Below are positions 38,730 through 49,094 of a stretch of DNA of 64,000 nt, one piece after another (positions within the stretch are counted from its first letter, which is position 1; the number at the start of each line of letters is the position of its first letter). Position numbers and translations under genes: made by a program. Source of the stretch: an uncultured Actinomycetota bacterium (GTDB lineage: Bacteria > Actinomycetota > Actinomycetes > JAHEKZ01); assembly GCA_963743915.1 (NCBI GenBank), contig CAVURN010000003.1, positions 352,001 through 416,000 on the forward strand. The letters run 5' to 3'. The notes under the pieces are model-generated. The model had not been told where the DNA came from, searched no databases, and was given only the letters and a program-made list of their open reading frames with translations.

Positions 38730-40712
38730 ATGACCGGTCACCGCGTCTCCGCACTCGCCTCTGTCGTTGCTCTCGGTACCGCGCTCGTGGTGCCCTCCCC
38801 CGCGTCGGCGGACGCGACCACGTTCCCGCCGACGATCGGGCCGATCGTCACCGGGGACGTCACCGGGTACCAGTGGATGCTTCCGGCGACCAACGCAGAG
38901 GCCGCCCACACCGAAGCCACCGGCGCTGGCGTCATCGTCGCCATCATCGACACCGGGGTCGACGCGTCACATCCCGACCTCGAGGGGCGGGTGCTCGACG
39001 GCGCGATCGTGCAGGCGGACGACGTGACGGGGAAACCTGAGCTTGTCCCGGCGACCGTCGAGCAGACTTCGCGCGACTGGTACGGCCACGGATCCCACGT
39101 GGCCGGGATCGTGGCAGCCGACGACGACGGCGACGGCGTCACCGGCATGGCGCCGGATGCGCAGATCCTGCCCATCGACCTCGAACCTCGCCGGAGCCCC
39201 GTGCGCACGGATGCGCAGTTCTTCTCGATGGTGTCCGCCGGGATCGACTACGCAGTGGCGGAGGGTGCTGATGTGGTGAACATGTCGCTCGGCGGCATCT
39301 CCAGCGGCATCGCGCCCAGCAAGCACACGCAGCGCTATCTCGACGCCCTCGACGCCGTGTGCGCATCGGTGGACTCCGCAGTTGCGGACGGCACCGTCGT
39401 GGTGGCGTCGGCCGGCAACTCCGGCGACTGGGGCAACCCGGAGGCGAAGCCGGCCGCCTGCCCGGGGGCGGTCACGGTGGCCGCGCTCGGCCCTTCCCTG
39501 GACCGCACCTTCTGGTCGTCCTTCGACGCGGCCGTCGACCTGTCGGCCCCCGGTGAGGACATCCTGTCGGTGGACTCCACCGTGGCCCAGCTGTCTCCGA
39601 CCCCCCACACGCTGGCGAGCGGGACGTCGATGGCCGCGCCGGTCGTCACGGGCGTGGCAGCCCTGGTGAAGGAACGGCATCCGACGTGGGACGCCGACCA
39701 GGTGGCGGACCAGCTGACGGCGACAGCCATGGACCTCGGCGTCGCGGGACGCGACCCGGACACCGGCTTCGGCATCGTCGACGCGGCCGCTGCCGTCGGC
39801 ACGCCGGCACCTGCGCCCGAACGTCAGATGTTCTTCGCAACCTGGGGCGAGATGGTCTGGGGCGGTGACGCGGACGACGCGGTGATCTCGTGGACGACCC
39901 CGGACGTCGAGCCCGTCACCGGGTACACGGTCACGGTGCACACCGACACCGGCACCACCGACTACCCGGTCAGCGGTCTCACCGTCCGCGCTGTCGTCGA
40001 CCTTCCGGACGGTGCGTGGTGGACGGTCACCGCACAGGCAGCCGGTGGCGACGTCACCACCTATCCGCAGGCGCGTCTGGGAGGCGGTGCCGGAGACCGC
40101 CCCGAGCGGCTGCGCGACATCCGCATGACCCGCACAGGTGATCGCCTCCACATCACGTGGAGCCAGCCCGCTGAGCCGACCGACATCGACGTCATCCGCG
40201 CATGGGTACGCATGAAGGACCCGAACGGCTCGACGTCCCGTCGCCTTGTGGTGGACCAGACCAAACCGTTCCCGGACGGAATGACCGTCCCGCTGCCCCC
40301 GCGCGCGCGGTGGTCCGACATTCGGCTGGCGCTGTCCCTGGTCAATCGCGACGACGACGGTCGGACGATCGGCGGTCGCTGGCAGGAGGTTCGGCGCGGG
40401 TCCCCGGCGGTGTACGGATCACACGTCGAGTGGGCCGCGGCCACGGGACGCCGTACGGTCGAGGTCGAGGGCCACGTCAGTGACCTGAACGCCCAGCGGG
40501 TGTGTGACAACCACACCTGCGCGCGCGAGCCGGCCACTCTCGTGATCGACCGAGGTCAGCAGAACGATCGGATCGACGTCCGGTACAGCACGCAGGGGAC
40601 GTTCCACACGACACTCAGCGTCGCACCGGGCACCGAGGTGCTCCGCATGCGGATCGTCGGGCCGAAGACGCTGGACAGCGGTCCCCTTGTCCGTGTCCGT
40701 GTGCAGCGGTAG
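38730..40712 (+). CDS. Secreted S8 subtilisin-like protease with C-terminal beta-rich (FN3-like) extension
   Basis: Signal peptide; IIDTGVD, GHGSHVAG and SGTSMAAP triad; SAGN oxyanion hole. Confidence 0.92.
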   Translation: MTGHRVSALASVVALGTALVVPSPASADATTFPPTIGPIVTGDVTGYQWMLPATNAEAAHTEATGAGVIVAIIDTGVDASHPDLEGRVLDGAIVQADDVTGKPELVPATVEQTSRDWYGHGSHVAGIVAADDDGDGVTGMAPDAQILPIDLEPRRSPVRTDAQFFSMVSAGIDYAVAEGADVVNMSLGGISSGIAPSKHTQRYLDALDAVCASVDSAVADGTVVVASAGNSGDWGNPEAKPAACPGAVTVAALGPSLDRTFWSSFDAAVDLSAPGEDILSVDSTVAQLSPTPHTLASGTSMAAPVVTGVAALVKERHPTWDADQVADQLTATAMDLGVAGRDPDTGFGIVDAAAAVGTPAPAPERQMFFATWGEMVWGGDADDAVISWTTPDVEPVTGYTVTVHTDTGTTDYPVSGLTVRAVVDLPDGAWWTVTAQAAGGDVTTYPQARLGGGAGDRPERLRDIRMTRTGDRLHITWSQPAEPTDIDVIRAWVRMKDPNGSTSRRLVVDQTKPFPDGMTVPLPPRARWSDIRLALSLVNRDDDGRTIGGRWQEVRRGSPAVYGSHVEWAAATGRRTVEVEGHVSDLNAQRVCDNHTCAREPATLVIDRGQQNDRIDVRYSTQGTFHTTLSVAPGTEVLRMRIVGPKTLDSGPLVRVRVQR

Positions 40713-40715
40713 CCG

Positions 40716-41445
40716 TCACAACAGCTGGAGCTGCAGGACCTCCATCGACACAGCCATGGGGACACCGAGCTCGACGCCGGTCTGACGTGCGAGGCCCTCG
40801 AGCATCTCCTCGGGGTCGGGCGCGTCGGATCCAAGTCCGGCCAGGTAGGCGCGGTGAGCGTGCAGGGACGCCAGGCCGGCGGCGAAGGTGTCGGTGACCT
40901 CGACGCGCGTGAGTCGCATCCGGTGATCCCGCCGCCCACACCTGCCGGACACCGGCCCACGGCTCGAGACCCTCGTCGAGCAGGTCCCGGAAGACCCAGC
41001 GGTTGCCCGCATCCCGCGCAGCGTCGAGGACGGCGCGACCACCGTGGATGTGGTCGGCCTGGTTGAGCATCACGCCGCCGTACGTCTCGCGAAAGTTGGT
41101 GGTGATGACGATGTCGGGCCGGTGCCGTCTGATGGACGCGGCAATCGCGCGACGCAGGGGCAGGCCGTACTCGAGCATGCCGTCGGGGAACCCGAGGAAC
41201 TCGACCTCGGTCACGCCTACGTGGGCACAGGCGGCGCGTTGCTCAGCCTCGCGCACTGCGCGCGACTCCTCCGGCGCCAGACCGTCGATTCCCGCCTCGC
41301 CGCTGGTCAGCAGCGTGTACACCACCTGCTTGCCCTGACCGGTGAAGCGTGCGATGACGGCCGCTCCGCCGTACTCCATGTCGTCGGGGTGCGGGACCAC
41401 GACAAGGGCGCGGTCCCAGTTCTCGTCGAGCGGTTCAAGAGCCAT
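40716..41445 (-). CDS. PIG-L/LmbE-family deacetylase, frameshifted near 40905
   Basis: VPHPDDMEYG, TSGEAG, R..EQ, NQADH; C-terminus (VEVTDT...SLHAH.AYL) is in the next frame. Confidence 0.88.
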
Positions 41446-41478
41446 GAGGCGACGGTAACGGCTCCAGCCGCGGGGCGG

Positions 41479-41976
41479 TCAGGCCCCCGACAGCTCAGCC
41501 GAGGGTGTCGCGGCGTCCAGGTGTGACAGCAGCCCGCGACAGGCGCTCTCGATCTGGGTGAGGACGCCGTCGAACTCGTCCGCGCCGCCGTAGTAGGGGT
41601 CGGGGACGTCGAGACCCTCGGCCAGCGGGTCGAACTCGAGCATCAACCGGACGGCGTCCCCCTGCGGACGCGTGGGTGCGAGCCGGCGGAGGTCGCGCTG
41701 GTTGTCGCGGTCCATGGCGACGACCAGGTCGAACGTGTCGAACCACTCGGGGCGGAACTGCTGCGCCTGGTGCTCGGTCGGGTAGCCGCGTCGGCGCAGC
41801 GCGGCCTGCGCGCGCCGGTCGGCCGGGTCGCCGACGTGCCAGCTTCCGGTCCCCGCGCTCGCGACCGTGACGCCGTCGATACCGGCCTGCGCCAGCTCGT
41901 GCTGAAACACCAGCGCCGCCATGGGCGAGCGGCAGATGTTTCCCATGCAGACGAAGATCACCGAGTTCAGGGGCAC
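41479..41976 (-). CDS. ptpA: Low molecular weight protein-tyrosine phosphatase
   Basis: FVCMGNICRSP, SAGTGSWH, VPDPYYG. Confidence 0.93.
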   Translation of the reverse strand: MPLNSVIFVCMGNICRSPMAALVFQHELAQAGIDGVTVASAGTGSWHVGDPADRRAQAALRRRGYPTEHQAQQFRPEWFDTFDLVVAMDRDNQRDLRRLAPTRPQGDAVRLMLEFDPLAEGLDVPDPYYGGADEFDGVLTQIESACRGLLSHLDAATPSAELSGA

Positions 41977-42142
41977 GGGCGCGATGGTGACACCCGGCTC
42001 GCGCGTCAGCAAGCAACCACGCCTTTTCGTAATGACCTGCGCAGAGCAACTTCAGAAACCAAAGTTCTGCCCTTGGCAAGAAACTGTTTCGATACTAGAT
42101 TCGGTCATGACCGATCGAATCGAAGATTCCGGGGAGTCCGAT

Positions 42143-43504
42143 ATGTCCAGCCTCGACCGTGCCCGACTCGACAGCCTCATCGAGCGGGAGCGTGCCACCT
42201 ACAGCGCGAACCACCCGCGCAGCCGGGCCGCCTTCGACGCCGCCCAGCGGAACTTGTTCGGCGGCGTGCCCATGACCTGGATGACGAAGTGGTCCGGTGG
42301 CTTCCCCCTGTACCTCGACGAGGCGCACGGCAACCGGATCAGCGACATCGACGGCCACACCTACGTGGACTTCGCGCTCGGCGACACCGGCGCCATGGCA
42401 GGCCACTCGCCCGAGGCGACCGTGCGCGCCATCAACGAGCGGATCGCCACCAAGGGTGGCTTCACCACGATGCTGCCCAGCGAGGACGCCGCATGGGTCG
42501 GCGCCGAGCTCGAGCGGCGATTCGGGCTGCCGCTCTGGTCGTTCTCGCTCACGGCGACCGACGCGAACCGCTGGGCGCTGCGGCTGGCACGGCTGGCCAC
42601 CGGCAAGGACAAGGTGCTGGCCTTTTCCTACTGCTACCACGGCAGCGTCGACGAGACGGTCGTCGTGCTCGGCCCCGATGGCGAGACGTTGCCGCGTCCC
42701 GGTAACGCCGGTCCCGCGGTTCACCCCGCCGCCACCACGCGGGTCGCGGAGTTCAACGACCTTGCCTCGGTGGAGCGTGCCCTCGCGCACGGTGACGTGG
42801 CGGTGGTCATCACCGAGCCTGCGCTCACCAACATCGGCATCGTCCTGCCGGAGCCGGGGTTCCTCACCGGTCTGCGCGACCTGTGCACCAAGTACGGCGC
42901 CCTCTTGCTGATCGACGAGACCCACACCTTCTCGGCCGGCCCCGGGGGCATGACCAAGGCCGAGAACCTCGACCCCGACATCGTGGTCATCGGCAAGTCG
43001 ATCGCCGGAGGGATCCCGATCGGCACCTACGGCATCAGCCGCGCGCTGGCCGACACCATCAACTCCCACGACGAGGCGGACCTGATCGACGTCGGCGGTG
43101 TGGGCGGCACGCTTGCCGGAAACGCCCTGTCCATGGCTGCGGCCCGCGCGACGCTCGGCGAGGTGCTCACCGACGACGCCTTCGCGGGCATGATCGACCT
43201 CGCCACCCGCTTCACCGAGGGCGTCCAGTCGGCGCTTGACGGTTCCGACGTCCCCTGGAGCATCAGTCAGCTGGGAGCGCGCGCCGAGTACCGGTTCGCC
43301 CGCCCTGCACCGGTGAACGGCACGGAGTCCAACGAAGCGGGTGACGACGCCCTCGACGAGTACCTGCACCTCTACACGCTCAACCGGGGCATCCTGATGA
43401 CGCCCTTCCACAACATGGCGCTCATGTGTCCGTCGACGACGGTCGACGACGTCGACCTGCACACCGAGGTGTTCGGCAAGGCGATCAACGAGCTCTTCGC
43501 GTGA
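42143..43504 (+). CDS. Class III aminotransferase (glutamate-1-semialdehyde aminomutase-like paralog)
   Basis: GVPMTWM, D.DGHTYVDF, CYHGSVD, IDETHT, GKSIAGG PLP lysine, GGTLAGN. Confidence 0.9.
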   Translation: MSSLDRARLDSLIERERATYSANHPRSRAAFDAAQRNLFGGVPMTWMTKWSGGFPLYLDEAHGNRISDIDGHTYVDFALGDTGAMAGHSPEATVRAINERIATKGGFTTMLPSEDAAWVGAELERRFGLPLWSFSLTATDANRWALRLARLATGKDKVLAFSYCYHGSVDETVVVLGPDGETLPRPGNAGPAVHPAATTRVAEFNDLASVERALAHGDVAVVITEPALTNIGIVLPEPGFLTGLRDLCTKYGALLLIDETHTFSAGPGGMTKAENLDPDIVVIGKSIAGGIPIGTYGISRALADTINSHDEADLIDVGGVGGTLAGNALSMAAARATLGEVLTDDAFAGMIDLATRFTEGVQSALDGSDVPWSISQLGARAEYRFARPAPVNGTESNEAGDDALDEYLHLYTLNRGILMTPFHNMALMCPSTTVDDVDLHTEVFGKAINELFA

Positions 43505-44305
43505 ACGGCGCGGCATCGACGCCGTCCGGCCCCTTCGACCTGGCAGGACAGGTCGCGCTGGTCACCGGCGCCGGAAGCGAGTCGGGGATCGGGTTCGTCA
43601 GTGCGCAGCTGCTCGGCGCCGCGGGTGCGCGGGTCGCCATCACGTCGACCACCTCACGGATCGAGGAGCGCGTCGCAGAGCTCCAAGCGGCGGGCGTCGA
43701 CGCGTTCGGCGTGCCGGCGGACCTCACCGACAGCGTTCAGGCAGGCCTGGTGGTCGAGTCCACGCAGCAGCACTTCGGCCGGATCGACATCGTCGTGAAC
43801 AACGCGGGCATGACGAGCGTCGCCGACCCTGCCGAGGGCCATGCCGACGCCGTCGCCATGAGCGACGAGATGTGGTGGTCGGGGATCAGCCGCAACCTCG
43901 ACACGGCATTCTTCGTGACGCGCGCTGCGCTGCGCCCCATGCTCGCCGCGGGATACGGGCGAGTGGTCAACGTGGCGTCCATCACGGGGCCGGTGATGGC
44001 GATGGTGGGGAACGTCGACTACGGCGCCGCGAAGGCAGGCGATGGTCGGCATGACGCGCGCCCTCGCGGTCGAGGTGGCCGCCTCCGGTGTCACGGTCAA
44101 CGCCGTGTGCCCGGGCTGGATCGCGACCGCGTCCCAGACCGAGCACGAGCACCGTCAGGGGCTCCGCACCCCCATGCGCCGGTCTGCGCGTCCGGACGAG
44201 ATCGCCAGCGCCGTCGCCTGGCTCGCCTCGCCGGGCGCCTCGTACATCACCGGCCAGGCGGTCGTGGTCGACGGCGGCAACTCGATCGCCGAGGAGCGGC
44301 TGTGA
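43501..44305 (+). CDS. Short-chain dehydrogenase/reductase, frameshifted near 44041
   Basis: VTGAGSESGIG, NNAG, YGAAKAG, then MVGMTRALA..NAVCPGWI..YITGQ..VDGG in the next frame. Confidence 0.9.
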
Positions 44306-44763
44306 CGCACGAAGTCGCGATCGACGCGATCGACCGCGCGATCATCCGGCAGCTGCAGCTCGACGGCCGGACGTCCTACGCCGACCTGGCGGCAGCGGTC
44401 GGCCTGTCCGCGCCGGCTGTCCGGCACCGGATGCAGCGACTGATCGAGACCGAGCTGCTCCAGGTGGTCGCGGTCACCGACCCCCTCAAGCTCGGGCTGC
44501 CGGTCATGGCCTTGGTCGGCATCGCGGTCGAGGGTGACATCCGAGCTGTCGCGGACGCGGTAGGCGCCATCGACGAGGTCATCTACCTCGTGCTGACCTC
44601 CGGATCGTTCGACCTGTTCGCCGAGGTCGTCTGCGCGGACATGGACGAGCTGTTCGACGTGGTCAACGACCGCCTCAAGCAGATCGATGGCGTCCGCACG
44701 ACCGAGTCCTTCGTCTACTTCGACATCCACACCCACCGCTTCAACTGGGGTGTGCCGGACTGA
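44302..44763 (+). CDS. Lrp/AsnC-family transcriptional regulator
   Basis: IDAIDRAII..LQLDGR.SYA.LA..VGLS, VAVTDPLKLG, GSFDL. Confidence 0.93.
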   Translation: MTHEVAIDAIDRAIIRQLQLDGRTSYADLAAAVGLSAPAVRHRMQRLIETELLQVVAVTDPLKLGLPVMALVGIAVEGDIRAVADAVGAIDEVIYLVLTSGSFDLFAEVVCADMDELFDVVNDRLKQIDGVRTTESFVYFDIHTHRFNWGVPD

Positions 44764-44839
44764 TCCCTGCAGTGCCCGCGACACGCGGTGGCCGACCATG
44801 TCGGGTGCAGAAGTCAACAGCGTGGGGTACACCGGAGGG

Positions 44840-46286
44840 ATGAACCCCCTCCCGTCGGCTCTGCACCGTGAGGTGACGTGGCGCGGCGTCCTGCGGGTTC
44901 TTGCCCTGGTCGCAGTTGCCGGTCTCGGAGCGTTGCTCGGCCTGGCGGTGGGTGCGCAGCGGACCGAGCACCTGGGCCCGCTGCTGGTCGAGACGAGTGT
45001 CGGTCTCTCCCTGACCGGCGACAGCGTGATCGAGGTCCCGCCCCTCGGGTCGATCGTCATCGACAGCCACGACGGTCCGTTGCGGCTCCGTGCCGAGGTG
45101 GTGCGCCTCGACCCGGCGGTCACCGAGAGCGCGCTGTCCGGGGGTGGCATCGACACCGATCTCGGTGCGGTGGGCGAGCAGGTGCGCGGGATCCTGCTCA
45201 AGGCCTATCTGCAGGCGATGGCAGCCGCGGTCATCGGTGCCGCACTCGCCGTCCTCGTCGTCTGGCGGCGCCCACGACGCGCGGCGGTGACGGCCGCGGT
45301 CGTCGCGGGTGTGCTGCTGCTCGGCGCCGCTGCGGGTGCGGCGACGTGGAACAACCGGTCGCTGGCCGAGCCGCGGTACACCGGACTCCTCGTCTTCGTC
45401 CCACAGGTCGTGGGCAACGCCGGCGACATCGTCGACAACTTCACCGAGTACGGCGACCAGCTCGGTGACCTCGTCACGAACGTGGGGAAGCTGGCGTCCA
45501 CCCTGCAGAACCTTCCGACGCTGCCGCAGGACGCCAGCTCCATCCGCGTCCTTCACGTCTCCGACATCCACCTGAACCCCAGTGTCTGGCCGATCATGCA
45601 GTCGATCATCGACCAGTACGACGTCGACCTCGTGGTAGACACCGGCGACATCGCCGATCACGGGACCGCAGCCGAGAACCAGCTGTCTGACCCCGATCCA
45701 GTCACTGGGCGTCCCGTACGTGTACATCCGCGGGAACCACGACTCTGCGTCCACGGCGGCGGCGATCGCCGATCTGCCCGACACCTACGTCCTCGACAAC
45801 GAGATCGTCGACGTCTCAGGTCTGACGATCGCGGGCATTGGCGATCCCCGATTCACGCCCGACCGGTCCACCGAGTCCGACGACGCATCGGTGGTCGACG
45901 GAGGTCAGCAGCTGGCGAGAACGATCGAGGCCTCGTCGGAGCGGGTCGACATCGCGCTCGTCCACGATCCTGACGCTGCCGAGCCGCTGGCGGGAATCGT
46001 CCCGCTGGTGCTGGCAGGGCATCTCCACTCGCGGGACGAGAAGGACCTGGGAGATGGCACGAAGCTGCTCGTCCAGGGGTCGAGCGGCGGCGCCGGACTC
46101 CGTGCGCTGGAGACCGAGGACCCGACGCCACTCACCCTGACCGTGCTGTACTTCGACGCGAGCACCCACGACCTCACGGCCCGGGACGAGTTCACGTTGG
46201 GCGGGCTCGGAGCCGCGAGCGCGGAGGTGGACCGGGTGGTCGAGGAGCCGAGCCCTGCGGCACAGGTGGAACGGAGAGCACCATGA
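44840..46286 (+). CDS. Membrane-anchored calcineurin-like metallophosphoesterase, frameshifted near 45687
   Basis: Three TM segments; HVSDIH and DTGD, then GNHD, LVHDP and AGHLH in the next frame. Confidence 0.88.
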
Positions 46287-46603
46287 GGCACTACCGGGTC
46301 GAGGAGCAGGACACCGCGCGAGGCAGCGAGCCCTGGATCGAGTTCCAAAGGTCGCCCGATCTGTCGACCGGGCTGTATGTGCTGGCAGCCGGCGAGCTCG
46401 ACGAGCAGGAGCCGCACACCGAGGACGAGATCTACGTCTGCGTGTCGGGACGCGCACGGTTCGTCACGCCCTCGGGCGAGTGTGACGTCTCCCCGGGATC
46501 AGTGATCTTCGTGCCCGCTCACGAGGAGCACCGGTTCGTCGACGTCACGGAGGCGCTGAGCCTGGTGGTCGTCTTCGGCCCCGCAGAGGGCTCACGCGCC
46601 TAA
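46283..46603 (+). CDS. Cupin-domain protein
   Basis: QEPHTEDEIY, IFVPAHEEHRF. Confidence 0.88.
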   Translation: MRHYRVEEQDTARGSEPWIEFQRSPDLSTGLYVLAAGELDEQEPHTEDEIYVCVSGRARFVTPSGECDVSPGSVIFVPAHEEHRFVDVTEALSLVVVFGPAEGSRA

Positions 46604-47574
46604 GGCGCAGCGGACGTCGCGCGCTGTGCGACGGCGATCCCGGCGATCACCACCAGGCTGCCCACGATCTGGATGACGGTGAGCGTCTCGTCCAGCCAGA
46701 CCCACGCCACCACTCCGGCGAGCACAGGCTCCACCATGCCCACCACTCCCGCCTCGTGCGCGGGCAGGTTGCGCAGCGCCCCGATGACGAGCAGGAAGGG
46801 CGCGACCGTCCCCAGCACGACCACCCAGGCGATCAACCACCAGGCCGTGACCGAGACACCGTCCAGGGCACCAGGCAGCGAGACGGTCGAGGACAGCGCA
46901 TCCCACGGCACGGTCCACCAGGGCTTGGCGACCGACCAGAAGACCGCGGACACGACGAAGGCCCAGAAGGCCAGCGAGGTGGTGTCTCGCGTGGTCAGCG
47001 CGTGCTTGCCGGCGATGTAGTAGGTGGCGAGCGAGATGGCCGCACCGAACCCCGCGAGCACGCCGATGAGATCGAGGTTCAGGCCGCTCCACACCTCGGC
47101 GACCAGTGCCAGCCCGCCCATCGCCAGGGAGAGTGCGAGCCACAGGGACCGTCCGAGCTGCTGCTTCTGGACGAAGTGCGCCCAGAAGGCCACCAGCACC
47201 GGGCCGGTGAACTCCAGCAGCAAGGCGATGCCGACCGGCAGTCGGGCGATGGCGACGAAGTAGAGCCACTGCACCATGGCGATGCCGACCAGCCCGTACA
47301 CCATGAGCAGGGGCAGCTCCGCGCGTGACAGCCGCAGACGACTCCGATCGGCGAGCAGCACGAGGAAGAAAAGGCACACCGCTGCCCCTGCGCTGCGAAG
47401 CAGCACGAGGCTCAGCGAGTCGACGCCGGACTGCAGGGTGACCTTGGACACCGAGCCATTCACCGAGAAGAGCAGCGCACCGCCGAGAGCCATCAGGTAG
47501 CCGAGGGTGCGGTGCGGGTGCGCCCCGAGGTACGTGCGCCCCGGGGGCGGTATCTCGGCGGCGGCTTCGGTCAC
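46600..47574 (-). CDS. EamA/DMT-family transporter
   Basis: About 10 TM helices, RLPVGIALLLEFTGP, EPVLAGVVAW..L.E.L. Confidence 0.9.
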   Translation of the reverse strand: MTEAAAEIPPPGRTYLGAHPHRTLGYLMALGGALLFSVNGSVSKVTLQSGVDSLSLVLLRSAGAAVCLFFLVLLADRSRLRLSRAELPLLMVYGLVGIAMVQWLYFVAIARLPVGIALLLEFTGPVLVAFWAHFVQKQQLGRSLWLALSLAMGGLALVAEVWSGLNLDLIGVLAGFGAAISLATYYIAGKHALTTRDTTSLAFWAFVVSAVFWSVAKPWWTVPWDALSSTVSLPGALDGVSVTAWWLIAWVVVLGTVAPFLLVIGALRNLPAHEAGVVGMVEPVLAGVVAWVWLDETLTVIQIVGSLVVIAGIAVAQRATSAAP

Positions 47575-47639
47575 GGCGGCAGCCTAGAGGCGGCTGAAGG
47601 TGTGGCTGCCGCGGCGGTGGAGTCGGATCCGTTCTGCTC

Positions 47640-48909
47640 TCACGGACCACGGGGGTGGCTGGTGAGTTGCTGCTTACGTGGTCCGTGGAAGGTGACGGGG
47701 CCGTGGGTGCCGCGTGTGGTGTCGGGGATGGTGATGGTCCAGCCGCCTTCGTGGACCTGGCGGTGGTGGTGGCGGCACAGCAGCAGCGCGTTGTCGGTGT
47801 CGGTGGGTCCGCCGTCGAGCCAGGAGTGCACATGGTGGGCGTCGGTGTGGGCGGGGGGTCGGTCGCAGCCGGGGAAGCGGCAGCCGCCGTCGCGGGCGGC
47901 CAGCAAGCGGCGCTGCTGGGGGCTGAAGAGGCGCCGGGTGCGGCCGAGGTCGGTCACGACGCCGTGGGGGTCGAGCAGCAGGGGGGTGAGCTGGGCGTCG
48001 CAGGCGATGCGGGCCACGCCGGCCGGGTGCAGGAGGGCGGTGGCGCCGGTGTGCCCTAGGCGCCCTGGCACCGATCCGAGAGCGGTCGGACCTGCGGCAC
48101 CACCTCGGGGGTCGAGCAGGACGTGCAGGTGGGGGCGTTCCCCTCCGCTGACGGGGAGCAGGCGGTGGTCGGCGGCGGTCTGGACGATCTGCATCAGTCC
48201 GTCGGCGCGTCGTTCTGCGGCGTTGCGGGTGTCGTCGGGGCCGGCCGGGACCAGGTGGGGCTCGAGGGCGGCGGTGAGCAGGGCGGCGGACTCGGCGTCG
48301 AGCAGCCCGTCCAGGGCGGTCATCCCGTCCATCAGCGGGGACAGGGTCAGGTACCGGCGGTCGAACTGCTGCTGGGTGTGGGCCAGGGAGCCGTCGGGGT
48401 CGACCACCGCCTGCAGGTGCTGGCCGGCGGTGCGGACGTCGCCGACGGGGGCTTGTCGGGCCAGCTCGGTGAGCAGCTCGACCCCCTGCTGCTGGTGTTC
48501 TGCCGGCAGGTGTCGGGTGCCGCGCTCGACGGCCCGCAGGTGCTCGTAGGTCAACGTCCCCTCGGCAAGGTGCTGCACCGGACCGGCCAACAGGTCACGG
48601 GACAGCCGCGCGATCCGGACCCGCTCTGCTGCTTGGGCACCGGTCAGCCGGGTCGCCCCGCGCAGCCACGCCGCGGTGGACGCGGCACCGTGCAGCACCT
48701 GCCCGTCCCCGGAGGCGTCGAACACCTCCACCGCCGTCAACGACGCGGCAGCGACCGCGTCGGCCAGCTGCTGCAACCCCGCCACCCACGCCGCCCGCGA
48801 CTCCGCACCCGCCACCTGCAGCAGGCTCGCGGGCGTCGTCACCGGACCAAGCCCGCACCTGCGCCAGCACCGCGGACAGCGGCTCGGGCAACGCATCCGG
48901 GGTGAACAC
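47640..48909 (-). mobile_element. DUF222 + HNH endonuclease (REP13E12-like repeat family), probable +1 frameshift near 48831
   Basis: STAAWL, G.LD.E, RRADGL, RPHL.V, RIACDA, LGRTRRLF, RDGGCRFPGC, HHV..W.DGG.TD..N..LLC..HH..VH. GTG 48909 with AAAGG RBS joins the main frame if one base is removed. Mobility is inferred from the family only. Confidence 0.85.
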
Positions 48910-49028
48910 AGGCGGACCTTTCGGTGAGGAACCAAGGACCGGCAGCGAACGGCTCTCCGCACCTCACCCGACCCCCTCTGAACGGAGGTCACCACCTGTG
49001 TCATCTCACGCGCTGCCCACTACCCCTG

Positions 49029-49050
49029 AATGTACGGGTCGGGTCCGACA
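49029..49050 (-). promoter_or_regulatory. RecA-NDp/PafBC-type DNA-damage promoter of the HNH gene
   Basis: Minus strand TGTCGG-ACCCGACCCG-TACATT, an exact match to TGTCGG-N10-TANNNT. Confidence 0.8.
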
Positions 49051-49094
49051 GACCTTGAGCCGCTGAGCCGCTGATCCGGTGGAAGGATGCGGCC

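Noticed and set aside
43426-44763. Apparent SDR-Lrp fusion protein
   Set aside because: Caused by the +1 frameshift near 44041; the SDR C-terminus is in another frame and Lrp has its own start at 44302.
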